This document shows, piece after piece, positions 28,701 to 40,800 of a DNA stretch of 64,000 bases (position 1 is its first letter; each line of letters begins with the position of its first letter). The notes below the pieces were generated by a model. The model searched no databases, was not told the origin of the DNA, and saw only the letters and a program-made list of their open reading frames with translations. Position numbers and translations under genes: made by a program. Source of the stretch: Gnetum montanum (taxonomy: Eukaryota > Plantae > Gnetophyta); NCBI GenBank assembly GCA_015680685.1, contig MNCI01002249.1:782424-846423 (forward strand), written 5' to 3'.

Positions 28701-31700
28701 TCACATCCACTATCAACAGCATGCCAGGAGGAAAGGCACCTGGTCTTGACGGCTGGAGCCTTGAGTTCTTTAAGACATTCATGTATATTGTGGGACCCAA
28801 TATCCTAGACGCGTTCAATCTCATGCTGGCCAAGAGGCAAGTCCAAAGGGAGCTCAATTGCTCCCAAATTGTGTGCATCCCAAAACAATCAAACGCACAC
28901 CGCCCAGAACACTTCCACCCTATTGGAGTCTGCAACATGCTTATTCGGCTCTTCTCCAAACTGCTGGTGCATAGGCTTGTGCCACTTATGTCCAAACTTG
29001 TGGGAATTAACCAAGCTGGCTTCGTGCAGGACAGGACCCTTCAAGACCACGTTCTCCTTATGCAGGAGGTGCTCCACTCACTTCAAACTATGGGTTTCCC
29101 TGGGCTTTGTCTCAAACTCAACATTACCAAGGCATACGACAAGCCCAGCTAGGAGGCCCTAAAGTCCATTATGCAACAGAAAGGCTTTGACCAATAGTTC
29201 ATCCAACTTTGCGTTCACATGCAATCTTCTGCCGGTTTCTCTTTCGACGTTTTGGGGGGGGGGGGGGGCGCAGCTATGGGGTCTCTCCTCTCCAGGAAGG
29301 GAGCTACGACAAGGGGACCCGCTTTCGCCCCTGCTTTTCATCATCGCTATGGATCTAATACAAAACTATTGTAGGACATCGGAGGTGGATGGCTTGCACA
29401 TTGCGGGGGTGGCATGTTGGGCTGAACACTATGCGGATGACACAATGCTGCTCAGTCGAGCAACGGTCCCACAAGCACGATGCATCAACATCGCTCTGTC
29501 CCACCTGGCAGCTGAGTTGGGGCTAGAGATTAATCGAGCCAAGTCTTCAACTCATTTTGTTAATGTCGATGAACAAGTTAAAAACCGGGTGGTGCAAGTA
29601 CTGAATATCATGCCTAGGACAGGCAAAGACACATACCTGGGCATTCCACCCTACCAATGGGGGCGGAGCATATCGTGGGGGCCACTAATGGAGAAAGTTA
29701 AAAGAAGGATGGACCACTGGGCAAATCGTTTCTTGACTCGAAAAGGACGATTGCTTGTGATGACGAGGATCCTCACAGTGGCTACCCGGTTCGTGGCGAC
29801 CGTTGCCACCCCCCCAAACGCCATCATCAACAGGATCAACATGCTGGTCAAACACTTCATCTGGAAGGGGGGTAGGGGGAGCAAAATCCACTTGGTAAAT
29901 TGGGAACGGGTCGCACACCCCTGTAACGCAGGGGGACTGCGCATCTCGTCTTTCGAAGACGAACTGATGCTTGGGTAGCAACGTCTGATACTTCGGTTTA
30001 CGCGCCCACATGGGGAGCCGATCCAGTGGATCCGTATCATGAATGCGAAGTATCAACGTTGGGAGGCGGGGTGCGAGATTCTAAACCTTGGCAAGCGCTC
30101 TGCCGACACGCATAGGCAATGCAGACCCAGGGGTGGTTGGGCCTCCAGCCATGCAAGCTACTAATGGCCAAGTACCTGTAGGTGGCCGGCTGGCAGCAGA
30201 TTTGGAGGGGGCGGCTCCCTAAGAAGATCAAGATCTTCTTCTAGTTAATGTGGCTGGACGCATTGCCAATGCGTGCTTTCCTATGCAGACGCGGCCTCAT
30301 CCAGAGCAACACCTGTCCCTGATGCAACACTGAGCCCGAGACAGTCCGGCACTTCGTTTATGACTACACATACATGTGTGCCACGTGGCTCGCGGCAGGG
30401 GTGACCCCCCCGATGCACCTCACCGATGATTCTTGGGTCACGCTACTTTTATGGGTAGCATGGAAAGCAAGAAACTGCATTGTTTTTCACCAGAACAGGC
30501 TCCCCCCCCCTCCCGCAGCTGGTTTTCCAAGCTCTCTGCGCGTGGAAAGAAATCGAGGCGACGATGGGAATCACGCCGACCTTTGAACCGGACTGTGCCG
30601 TGTTTCAGGAGGACGAGGAGCTCTGGCAGATGGTGACATAGTGCGGCTGGTGCGACCCCCTACAACGGCTGGTCGAGGACCCAAATCTGGCTGACAATAC
30701 TTTCTTTGCTAACTAGCGCAATGACCGAACCTTTTTCCGAGGGTGCGAGGTTATCATCACAGAATCCTCAATCGCCAGCTGTCTTGGGGCCCAGGTCACC
30801 AGAGAGGTCATCCTTCTGTCCACACGTGGTATGCAGCACGTGGAATTGTTTTTCGAAGGGCCCGTGCCACACACACAAAGTCGACAGGTGCCCAGATCTT
30901 CTCTTCCCCATCTCTGGGCCCAGGCAGTAGATCTGGTGAACAAATCTTTTGTCCAATCTGGCAATGTTTCCAAGCTCTAGGGCATACACTTTGCATTTCC
31001 TGAAATTGGGATGCCACATTAACCTTCCCTATTTTTTCCTGGAGGCCCTTCTACTTAAACAACGCAGCCACCATTCGGGGTTCATCTTAGCCTTGTGGCA
31101 GGGAACAGCACCCATCCTCGGGGCCCCTTTGCCAACCCCCTTGCTGACCCCCTGGCCCTACAAAGGAGTTGTGGCAGGCCACACAGAGAGCCACAGCCGA
31201 AGCACGCGAGGTTGAACAGCAGGAGTGGGAGGCCAAATGGCACAAAGCCCTTGCACAAGCCCGGGCTGACTTGGAGGCCCAGTTTTACAAGCGAGAGCAG
31301 GAGAGGGCGAGGCAGCAAGATCTCATGGCTGACACTACTCAAGCCCGGTTAGTGGATGAAATCCAGGCCCAAGTGCGGGAAGAACTGCTATAGGAGGAAG
31401 CTGCCCAAAGGGAACGTGAAGAAGTGGAGCGGGCAGAACAAGAACGCATACAGGACGAAGAGGAGCAACGACAGCAATAGCTCGATCGAGCACACGAGCA
31501 CAGTGCTCAACAATGGCTTAGAGGGGGGCAGTGCCCGTACCTCATCCTAGGCATCAGTTGCAAGAACTCCTGGGGGGAGCTCAGGCACCACATCTGTCGA
31601 ACCTTGGCACATTTTCATCCTAATGGGGGAGCTTCACCGGTTGACTGGAACATGCGAGAGTCAACCATGTAGGGTATCCAGCAGGCCGCCAGTTTCATGG

Positions 31701-31808
31701 ACATGGAGGACCACCAAAACACGTTGGACCTTCTTCATGAGCTAGAGCGCCCACACTACGCCTGTCAACGAACCCCTGAGGGGGTGTTGTTTTGAACCGC
31801 AGACGATG

Positions 31809-31843
<35 letters not shown>

Positions 31844-34800
31844 ACAAGAAACTAACGTTTTCATCAAATGCATTTACCTCTAATGTTCCTTCTTCCAACT
31901 TCTTGTCCTTTCCTTTATCTTTCTGTGCTTTCCATGTAAAGCAGTCCTTCTTCAAATGACCTTTCTTCTTACAAAATCAACACTCTTGAGTTTGAGTTTT
32001 GCCATGTGATACACCTCTATTCCTGCTTCTCCCCCTACTTAGGAAACATCTCCTACTTCTCCCTCTTTCCTATGCTACATGAACATTTCTAGATCCAAAG
32101 GACTCATCTACTCTTCCTTCTGAATCCTGAAGGGTAGACACGACCTATTCAAATGTCATAGATGAAACACTCATAAAAGTAGTAATAGATGTCACAATTG
32201 TAGACCAAGTATCAGGTAAGGAGTCTAACAAAGCATAGGATTTAACTAAATATGGAATAACAATTTTATATTCTTCCAACTTATTCAAATTTCCCATCAA
32301 CTCATCCAAATGATCTTGGAAAGACACATTAGATCTCTTCTTGCATCTAAAAACTTTGATAAATATTAAAGGTATTCAAACCTGATACTTTATCAAACCT
32401 ATTCTTCAATGTTTTCCATAGATCATGTGGATCCATATCAGGTTTAATTGACGCCAAAATCCCATTGCTTAGGGTTGGATGAATGAAAGATAATGTCTTA
32501 ATCTTAATTTTTCTCCAATCAACATTCGACATTCCCGCTGGTTGAGAGGGTTCTAGGGCCTCCTAATTGTGCTAAAACGGCCTTTATCAAAATTTTCCAG
32601 ACGTTCCAGTTCCTTCCTACCAATCTTTCCGTTGTTTGCAGCCTCTCCATCTCTTTAGATCTAGCTCCGATACCAGTTGTTATAATCAGAAGCAATAGTT
32701 TCAATAAAAAAACCAGCAGATCAAATCTGAAAATACACTAGAGAAGCTTTGGAGAAATTATTAGAACGCTATAGATTTGAATAAAACGTTAAAGGCAAAA
32801 AATATCACATTGTAGCAGATCAAATAGATGATGTAAATCACTGAAAAACCGCTATAAACTCCAGCAAACGTTTGCTGTAAAAGCAAAATGAAAACAGCGA
32901 AAGAAAATAGCACAGGAACACAAATTTACGTCATTTGGGCCCTTTTTACCCTACTTCCACAACAATGCTGATCTGCCTTCTATTCTGCTCAAATCTTAAG
33001 GACACAAGTCATCGTTATAGCTTTCCCAAGCACCCAATCTATTACTCCGACAAATCTCAGATCTCAGACTCTCGTCTCCAAGGTAAAACCTCAATACAAT
33101 GCTTCCACATCAAAAACACACACCTAAAGGCTACCCCAAACCTTCTATTTATAAAGAAACATTAGGACCAAATCCCAATCCTAACACATGTGGGATAAAA
33201 CACATCCCCACATAAACATCACTTTACAAACTGACCCCTTTGGTTTTTTTTTCCCATATCATTATTTAAAATGTAACATCCTTTTAAAAGCATAAAAGAA
33301 AATACAGCAAATAATACTAATGTATTTGTCTTCATTTTTCCAACATTAACAAATGAAATATAAGATAAAATCCTTTGGCGTATGCTATTTGCAAATGATA
33401 TTGTGTTGGTGGATTCAACTCAAGAAAATATTTTTGCCTACTAAATAGAGAAGTAGAGATATGCTCTAGAACCAAAAGGCTTGAAAATTGGCAGAACTAA
33501 GATAGAATATATGGAATGCAATTTTATTAACAACATGAACAATGGTGCAATAGAAGTGACAATTCAAGGCAAAAAGTCCCTCACTGCAAATAGTTTTGCT
33601 ACCTAAGATCAATCCTCCAATCAAATGGTGAAATTGATAAAGATATCAAAAATAGAATTGAGGTAGGATGGTCAAAATGGAGATGAGCTAGTGGTGTTTT
33701 ATGTGATAAAAGAATACCAATAAATTTAAAGAGGAAATTCTTCAAGAGAGCAATCAGGCCTACTATCTTATATAGTGCTGAATGTTGGGCAATACAAAAG
33801 AGGCATGAACAACAAATCAATATGGTAGAAATGTGAATGCTTCAATGGATGTTGAATGTTACTACGAGAGATAAACTACATAATACAAACATCAGAGGAA
33901 GACTTGCAGTGGTTTCTATTTTAGATAAGCTACAAGAATGGCAACTTAGATAGTTTGGACATGTGCAAAGAGGATCAAACAAACAATCTATAAACAAAGG
34001 TTGCTATATCACTGTTCTAGGAAAGCCATCAAAAAGAATACCAAAAAAGAAATGGGAAAAAAAGCTATCAAAGATGATTTGATGAAACTACATATAAATA
34101 AGGATCTAGTTTTTCATATAGGCAAATGGTGAAAACTCATGTAACTGACCCCATTTTGTTGGGATAAGGCTAAGATGATGATGATGAGAAGGAATATACA
34201 TATTATTTTCATTGACTTAGTGAAAGCTTATGATATGGTTCCTAAGAAATTATTTGGTAGGCGTTAAAGAGGAAGGATGTTCCTATAATGTATATAAAGG
34301 TTATTCAATACATATATGATGGAGCAACAAATCAAGTTTGCACTATCTATGGAAAGACTTCAAACTTTCCTATGAAGGTCAGGTTATGCCAAGGATCTAC
34401 TCTAAGCCATTATTTGTTTACCATTATTATTAATAAGCTAACCAAAGATATTCAAGATGGTATCCATTGGTGTATGTTCTTTGTTAATGATATTGTTTTG
34501 GTAGATGAACCTAAGAAAGTTTTGGCTGCGAAAATGGACACTTGGAGAAACACATAGAATGAAAAGGGTTGAGGATTAGTAGAAGTAAAACAAAATACAT
34601 TGAGTGCACTTTTAATAGGAAAATAAGTAATGAAAAAATGAAGATTAGAATCCCAAATGAAGATGTTTCTCAATGTAAGCAATTCAGATAATTGAGGTCT
34701 CTGGTTCAAGTGAATCGTAAGATTAACCATGAAGTCACAAATAGAATTGAAGAAGGAAAACAAATAAAGGCTAAGGATTCATAGGAGTAAAACAAAATAC

Positions 34801-37800
34801 ATGGAATGCACTTTTAATGGAAAAACAAGTAATGAAGAAAGAAAGATTAGAATCCAAAACCAAGAAGTTTCTTAATAATGTAAGCAATTCTCATACTTGG
34901 GGTTTCTAGTACAAGTGGATAGTAAGATTAACAATGCTATAAATAGAGTTGAAGAAGAATGGAAGAAATTGTAGAAAGCTAGTGGTATGCTTTGTGATAA
35001 AAGAATATTTGCTAGGTTGAAGGGGAAGTTCTACGAAACTGCTATTAGACCTACAATACTTTATAGTGTGGAATGCTGGCCTATCAAAAAGCATATGCTA
35101 AGGTAGATGTTGGGTGTGACTAGGAAAAATCAAATCAACTCTTTTATTAAGGGAATATTTAGAGTAGCACGTATAGATAAGAAGATTAAAGAAAGTCATC
35201 TTAGATAGTTTATTTGGCTCTTAATAGAAGTGGACGCATAAAAAACTTCACATAGCTAACCTCCATTTAGTTGGGATATGGCTAAGATGATGATGATGAT
35301 ATATTTTGATATAAACTGATCATATTTTGATATACTATATTTTTTTATGATGGCAATACTTTGTTTAATGTCTCGATATTTTCAAGTATTGAGGGTTTAA
35401 TTATAACGGAGAATTCTACTAGGTAAACGTATATCAATTTAAAATGTTACATCAAATAATATCTTAGAAATATAATAAGAAGCATTTCAAAATAAAAAAA
35501 AATATTGAATGTTAATAAGCTTGTAAAGAACTTTACCATGGGGCTTCCTGTCATACACTGAGCCAGTACATACCCAATGGCACAAATTGCTCCATGTGCA
35601 TCCTCAAATCTACCTCAAAAAATAAATAAATAAATAACAATAAATAGAACTGGAATAAATATGTAAAGTTACAATATCCGTGAGACAATTATGTATTAAC
35701 CTGCTCTTATTTGTCAGTTTAATACTGTAACACAACTCCTGGATGAGCACTGTAGTTGACGAAGCTGATAGCACAGAACACGCAATTCCTAATAAGCGTG
35801 ACATGTTTACACGCGTATCAGAGTCTATGTGACCTAGAAATTGCTTGAGCCATGCAAGTCTCTCAGCCCATTGCACTGCTGTGATCTGAAAATTTAAGTA
35901 ATCATCAGTAAATCTTTGTCATGTTAGCGCAAAGACATCGAACGGTTACTTATAAATAAAGCATTATTAAAATACCTGTGGGTATTTAAAGGAAATATCG
36001 AGTAGACCCTTTGATGCTACAGCATGCAATTCAATAGAGCCTTGAGAAGCCATGGCATGCTCAAGTAGCAAGCATAGTGTCCTGACTGAATCAGAAAGCT
36101 TTCCAGAGTCTCCCTTAACATTCTCAATGTCAGCATTAAAACAATTTAGACAAAATATGATAATTGACGTGTACATTTTGGTTGGGAACAAAAGTGTGCT
36201 TTCTCTCATTTGTGCTTGACAGAGAAACTCTGGTTTCTGTTTAGCAATGTAGTCCAACATCTGTTGCAAAGAAGGGTACTTTACTGGCTTTGAATGAAAG
36301 GCGCCACCTATAATCTTGTCAACTTGTGTTTGAGGCAATAAACTGTGGTTCGCCATCTCCCTATAGACACGAACAAAATCCTATTAATTAAAATAAAAAT
36401 TGTATTGAAAAACATAAAGATGTGTCATAATACATAATCAGGAAGTTAAGTAAAAGCTGCCTTGGTTTCTTAATTCTATGGGGCTATGCAAAGGCACTTT
36501 CTTCAATCAATCTATACATGTTTCTTCACATTTATAATAACTGCAATAAGCTTCTTAGGTTTCACAGTAGGATGAGTAATTCCTTTAGTTCAATTTATTA
36601 GCACTTACATTCTATCTAAGCTACATATCTGCTTGTATCAATAAAGTCTAACTTGTAGGTAAAGTCTAACTTGTAGGTAGGGCATGTGACATACCGCTTA
36701 CAGGCCACAGGTTCAATTGCAGTAGATTATACTCATATATAAAAAAATTGGATAAAAGAAATTGTTAAAAACTGAATACTGCCCAATACATAACTATGGG
36801 TCCCTAATGGACATAATAATATACTTCAACTTCAATCTCAATCTCACAAAACAATCTTTGTGCTTTCATAAAAGCTAGGTAATATATATCATATATCCTG
36901 TGCTAACCATACTTCGTTGTCAACTAGTGTAAGCGGATTTCCTCTATTTTAAGCGTCATTCTTATGATTGCATACCTTATGTCAACATTGTCATCAGCAG
37001 CTCCAAGCATGCAAATATAACGACTAGGGCAGTGGTCAAGTGTATACAAAGTTGTTGCCCAATGCAATGCACATCGCCTTGCCTCACTTTCCACCTTGGA
37101 TATTCAGCACAAATGAAACATCAATAGAAAGGCAGCTCATGTAGTTTAAAATAAACATTAAGATAAACTGAATTAGCAAGCCTCGGAAAACAATGGAAGA
37201 GCAAGTTACTTACGGATTTTGCATTATCTAACAAAAGCTCTTCCAATTCTTTAGAAACGTTGTCATTACAATCCTGAGCTCAGAAAAACGGATTGAGAAA
37301 TCTTATCATCAAACACTCAAAAAGACAGGAATGGCCATGAACATACATACAAACAAGTAAAGCATTCAAATAAAAAGCAACACGTAACAGATGAATCAGG
37401 CATAACTTAATTGATTAGAGTGTGTGACTTATGCTTGTGCAAGTCCCAAGTTTGATTTTTAAGGGCTGTGCTGAGATGTATGCCACCTAGGGACATAGTA
37501 GAAATTTATGTTTGGGGATATCAGGTAAACAGCCCGCCATAACAATTATGGTCAAATCAGCCACCACATGCTTATATAACATATGTGCTATCAAAGATTA
37601 GTAGAATTCTAATGGATTGCGAATAAACTGCAACAAGTATAATGTGTACTCCACGTTCATGTTGCCAAATTATATATACATACAAATATCAAAACCAAGA
37701 GGGACACTAGTTGGAACCAAATTAACACGGAATAACAAATTGAAAAGAGAATGTGAAACCAAGGCGATTCAAGCATGTACCGAAGTACTGCAAACCCTTT

Positions 37801-40800
37801 CGAGGAGTACGAAGAAATTCATTGACCATAAAAGTCCACACATCCTATGACCAACAAAGCTTAAGAATGTCAATCTCAAGATAACGCTCATTAACTCCAA
37901 CAGAAAATGGCATTGTGTAGTGCCTCATATTTGTACATATGACCTAAATACTCTATTAAATTCATATACTTAGTTTATTTTGAAAATGATTGAATTTGGA
38001 GATGTGCATAATGCATCTAAGTTAATATGAAAACTTCTGATTTGCTGATTCAAGAATTTATATTTATTCACAATTTTTTCTAATTATTTATTATTTTAAG
38101 ATATAAAAATATATTTTTATTAACAAATAAAAATGGTAAGTGTAACATTATTTTAGAATAATACTTTGATATTAATAAAAATAGGATCCATGTCTATTTT
38201 GGCATTTTGTTAGAATTTTTAATTTAATAAATAATTTAATTAATAAACGTATGTCAATTTTTAAATGGTTGGATTGCGCTTAAATATGGTGGCCTAACTC
38301 AATTTTACATGCAGAGGGTAAATTTATCATTAGCTTACTGATTTGGGTGCTAAATTTTGAGATTTTAAAGTTAAATGTTCAAAAAAGTACCTTGTGGGTC
38401 AATATTTCCTTTGGTTTAAATAAAATGTTAATTTTCACCTAGGCAGTTATCAAATGTTTGTGTTTGTTTTAACCAGCATGAAATATGTGAAAAGTTCAAT
38501 ATTAATGTCTTTTGCTAGCCAAAAAAAGGAAATTGTGAAAAATAGACAAAGGGCCAAAATAAATTAGAAAACCTCAGTCTTATAAAGTTAAAATGACTTT
38601 TTAAAAAAATTAAAAAGTTGGGCCATAAGTGAAAAGTTAATGAGAAAAAGTAAATAGGATGATGATATATGCTTGATGTTACTTTTTGGACATGCTCATA
38701 ATGACATCTATTTTAATATGTATATTGTCTACTTCATATTTATGGCTGAGAAAGGACAAAGGATTCATTTAATAGGGACTGGAGACTCACTTGGGTGTTG
38801 TTATTCTCAGACATGTCTACTCATTCACAACCTTGCTTGTCCAAGTCCAACAATCATCATGCTATGAAGGTGAGATTTTGAAATGGGCACGGGCAGGAAG
38901 CAAAGTAGGAGCAAACAAGGGAGCGCAAGCACGAGTGGCCTAGGTGGCGAGGATGGTTGTAGTTCTAGAGATCCAGGGCATGGGTCTAGGCCTACTGAGG
39001 GCCGCGAAGCAGGGCATTTGAGGACATGGGGGATGGGGGCATGAGTAGAGCGGTTGGCAACAATGATGGTTGGGGCCAAGGTTTGCCGCCAACCTGCAAG
39101 TCTTGGCAACCAAGTGTTGGAGGCATGGATGTTGTTGTGCGGGATGGGTCCACTATACAGCTGAAAGTCAATGCCCCTCCAAAGGAGGGCCTACGCACAA
39201 TGGAGTTGAGCCTTATTGGTTGTTTTGTCTCCTCAAGGTCATGACCCCCTCTTGACTTGATCCAAAAGTGGGCTATGGCTACCTAGGCCCTAGAGGGGGT
39301 GCAAGTGAGGTCACTAGCATGATGCCTACTGCTTTTTGTGTTCCGGTCTACGGGTGATCAAGATAAGGTCCTTCAAGGTGGACCCTGGTTTTTCGGGGCT
39401 TAGGGTCTGGCTCTCATGTCCTAGCACCTAGGGGTTCATAAAGATGTAGAGTTGTTCTCTTGGGCTCCTCTTTGAGTGCAGGTGATCAGGTTTCCATGGG
39501 AACTCTGGATGGAGGAATTTCTCCAAACTCTAGCAAGGCAATTTGGAGATTTCATTTCCTTTGACAAGTTTACCACAACAAAGGAGCATATGGGCTATGC
39601 CTAGTTCTACATGTGGGGCTCCCTCTACCCCGAACACCTACTTAAGGAAGTCATTTTGGACCTGCCGTCTAGGAAAGAGCAACTCACTGTGGAATATGAT
39701 AATGTGCTACAACATGAACATTCACTGGCTCCGAAAACAAAACTAAAGGCCTACACTAACTCTGGCAAGACAAACCACCACTCCCAATATAGCAAGGTGC
39801 ATCCTACAGCTCACCAAAAGGGGTTGTTCAGGTAGATGGCAAACACAAAGGACAGTGGATGCATGTTGTTGGGCAAAAGGGGTAATGTGTCGCACACCCC
39901 GCTTGCCATAACAAGAAATGCTAACTGACTCTAACAAGAGAGGGAAACGCAATGCACTAGTGGGGGAGGAGGGGAATGGGAACATCAATTTTCTCTTCCC
40001 CTCCTTCGAAATGCATGGTAGGTGCAGGGTGTGATGCTGCAGGGAGGGAAGGGACTACCTCCCCGGAGAGTACTCTAGTTACTCCCACTGGTGGTGCGGC
40101 GTCAAACATTGTGGGAGAGCTTCCCCACTTGGCAAATGGGTGTCCACTATACGGAGGTTGGCTGCTAAGAACCTCTTCAAGGAAGACCTTATGGGGCTAG
40201 TGGTAGACAAGCCTAAATGGTCAAGTAGGCTTTCCAATCAAATGATGCAAATAAAGAATACACAGCTAGAGATAGACCTCAGGTCGCAAAAAAGCTCTCA
40301 AGGAGGTTTACACAAAATGGTCTGCTAATAGACAATGAAAGTCTTGTCCTAGAATTGCAAGGGCCAAGGTACCCCATATAAGCAAAATACCCTAAAGGAA
40401 TTTGTGCGTGAAGAGAATTGTATGTTGGTTTGCCTACAAGAAACCAAACGGAATGCCTATAACTGTGCCCTCCTACAATGGCAAGATTGGCATTGCTCTT
40501 TTGTGTATTGTTGGGGCTAGGCAAGGGGCCTAGCCACATTGTCCTTACACCCCTTCCAAGTGCTAGATGAGTCTCCATGAAGTCTCATAGTGCACATCCC
40601 TTCGAAGGGTATGTGGGTTACCAATTTCTACGGGCCCCAGAATCAGCAAGATCACCTGCATGAACTAGCGCAGGTTGTACACAAGATTCCTAACCAACAG
40701 AACTAGGCTCTTATTGGGAACTTTAATCAACAGCTCCACCCCTAGGAGAAATCCAGTCATGGTGTTGGTCCTAGCATGCGTTCAACCCTTGGAAGTCAAG

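Larger units (their letters stand above)
24975..34186 (+). mobile_element. RTE-clade LINE (5' truncated, decayed), split by a copia insertion; segments 24975-26057 and 33346-34186
   Basis: RTE-type peptides KETWWWNNE, IYKLAK, LHQGSAL..YLFAIIMDELT continuing after the insertion into MLFANDIVLV and IRPTILYSAECW; 3' tail ggctaa(gat)n at about 34168-34186. Confidence 0.9.

Noticed and set aside
31532-31700. Host DnaJ gene or processed pseudogene nested in the intron
   Set aside because: The J-like segment sits at the same position downstream of L1 sequence in three independent divergent insertions, with conserved linker domains, so it is part of the element
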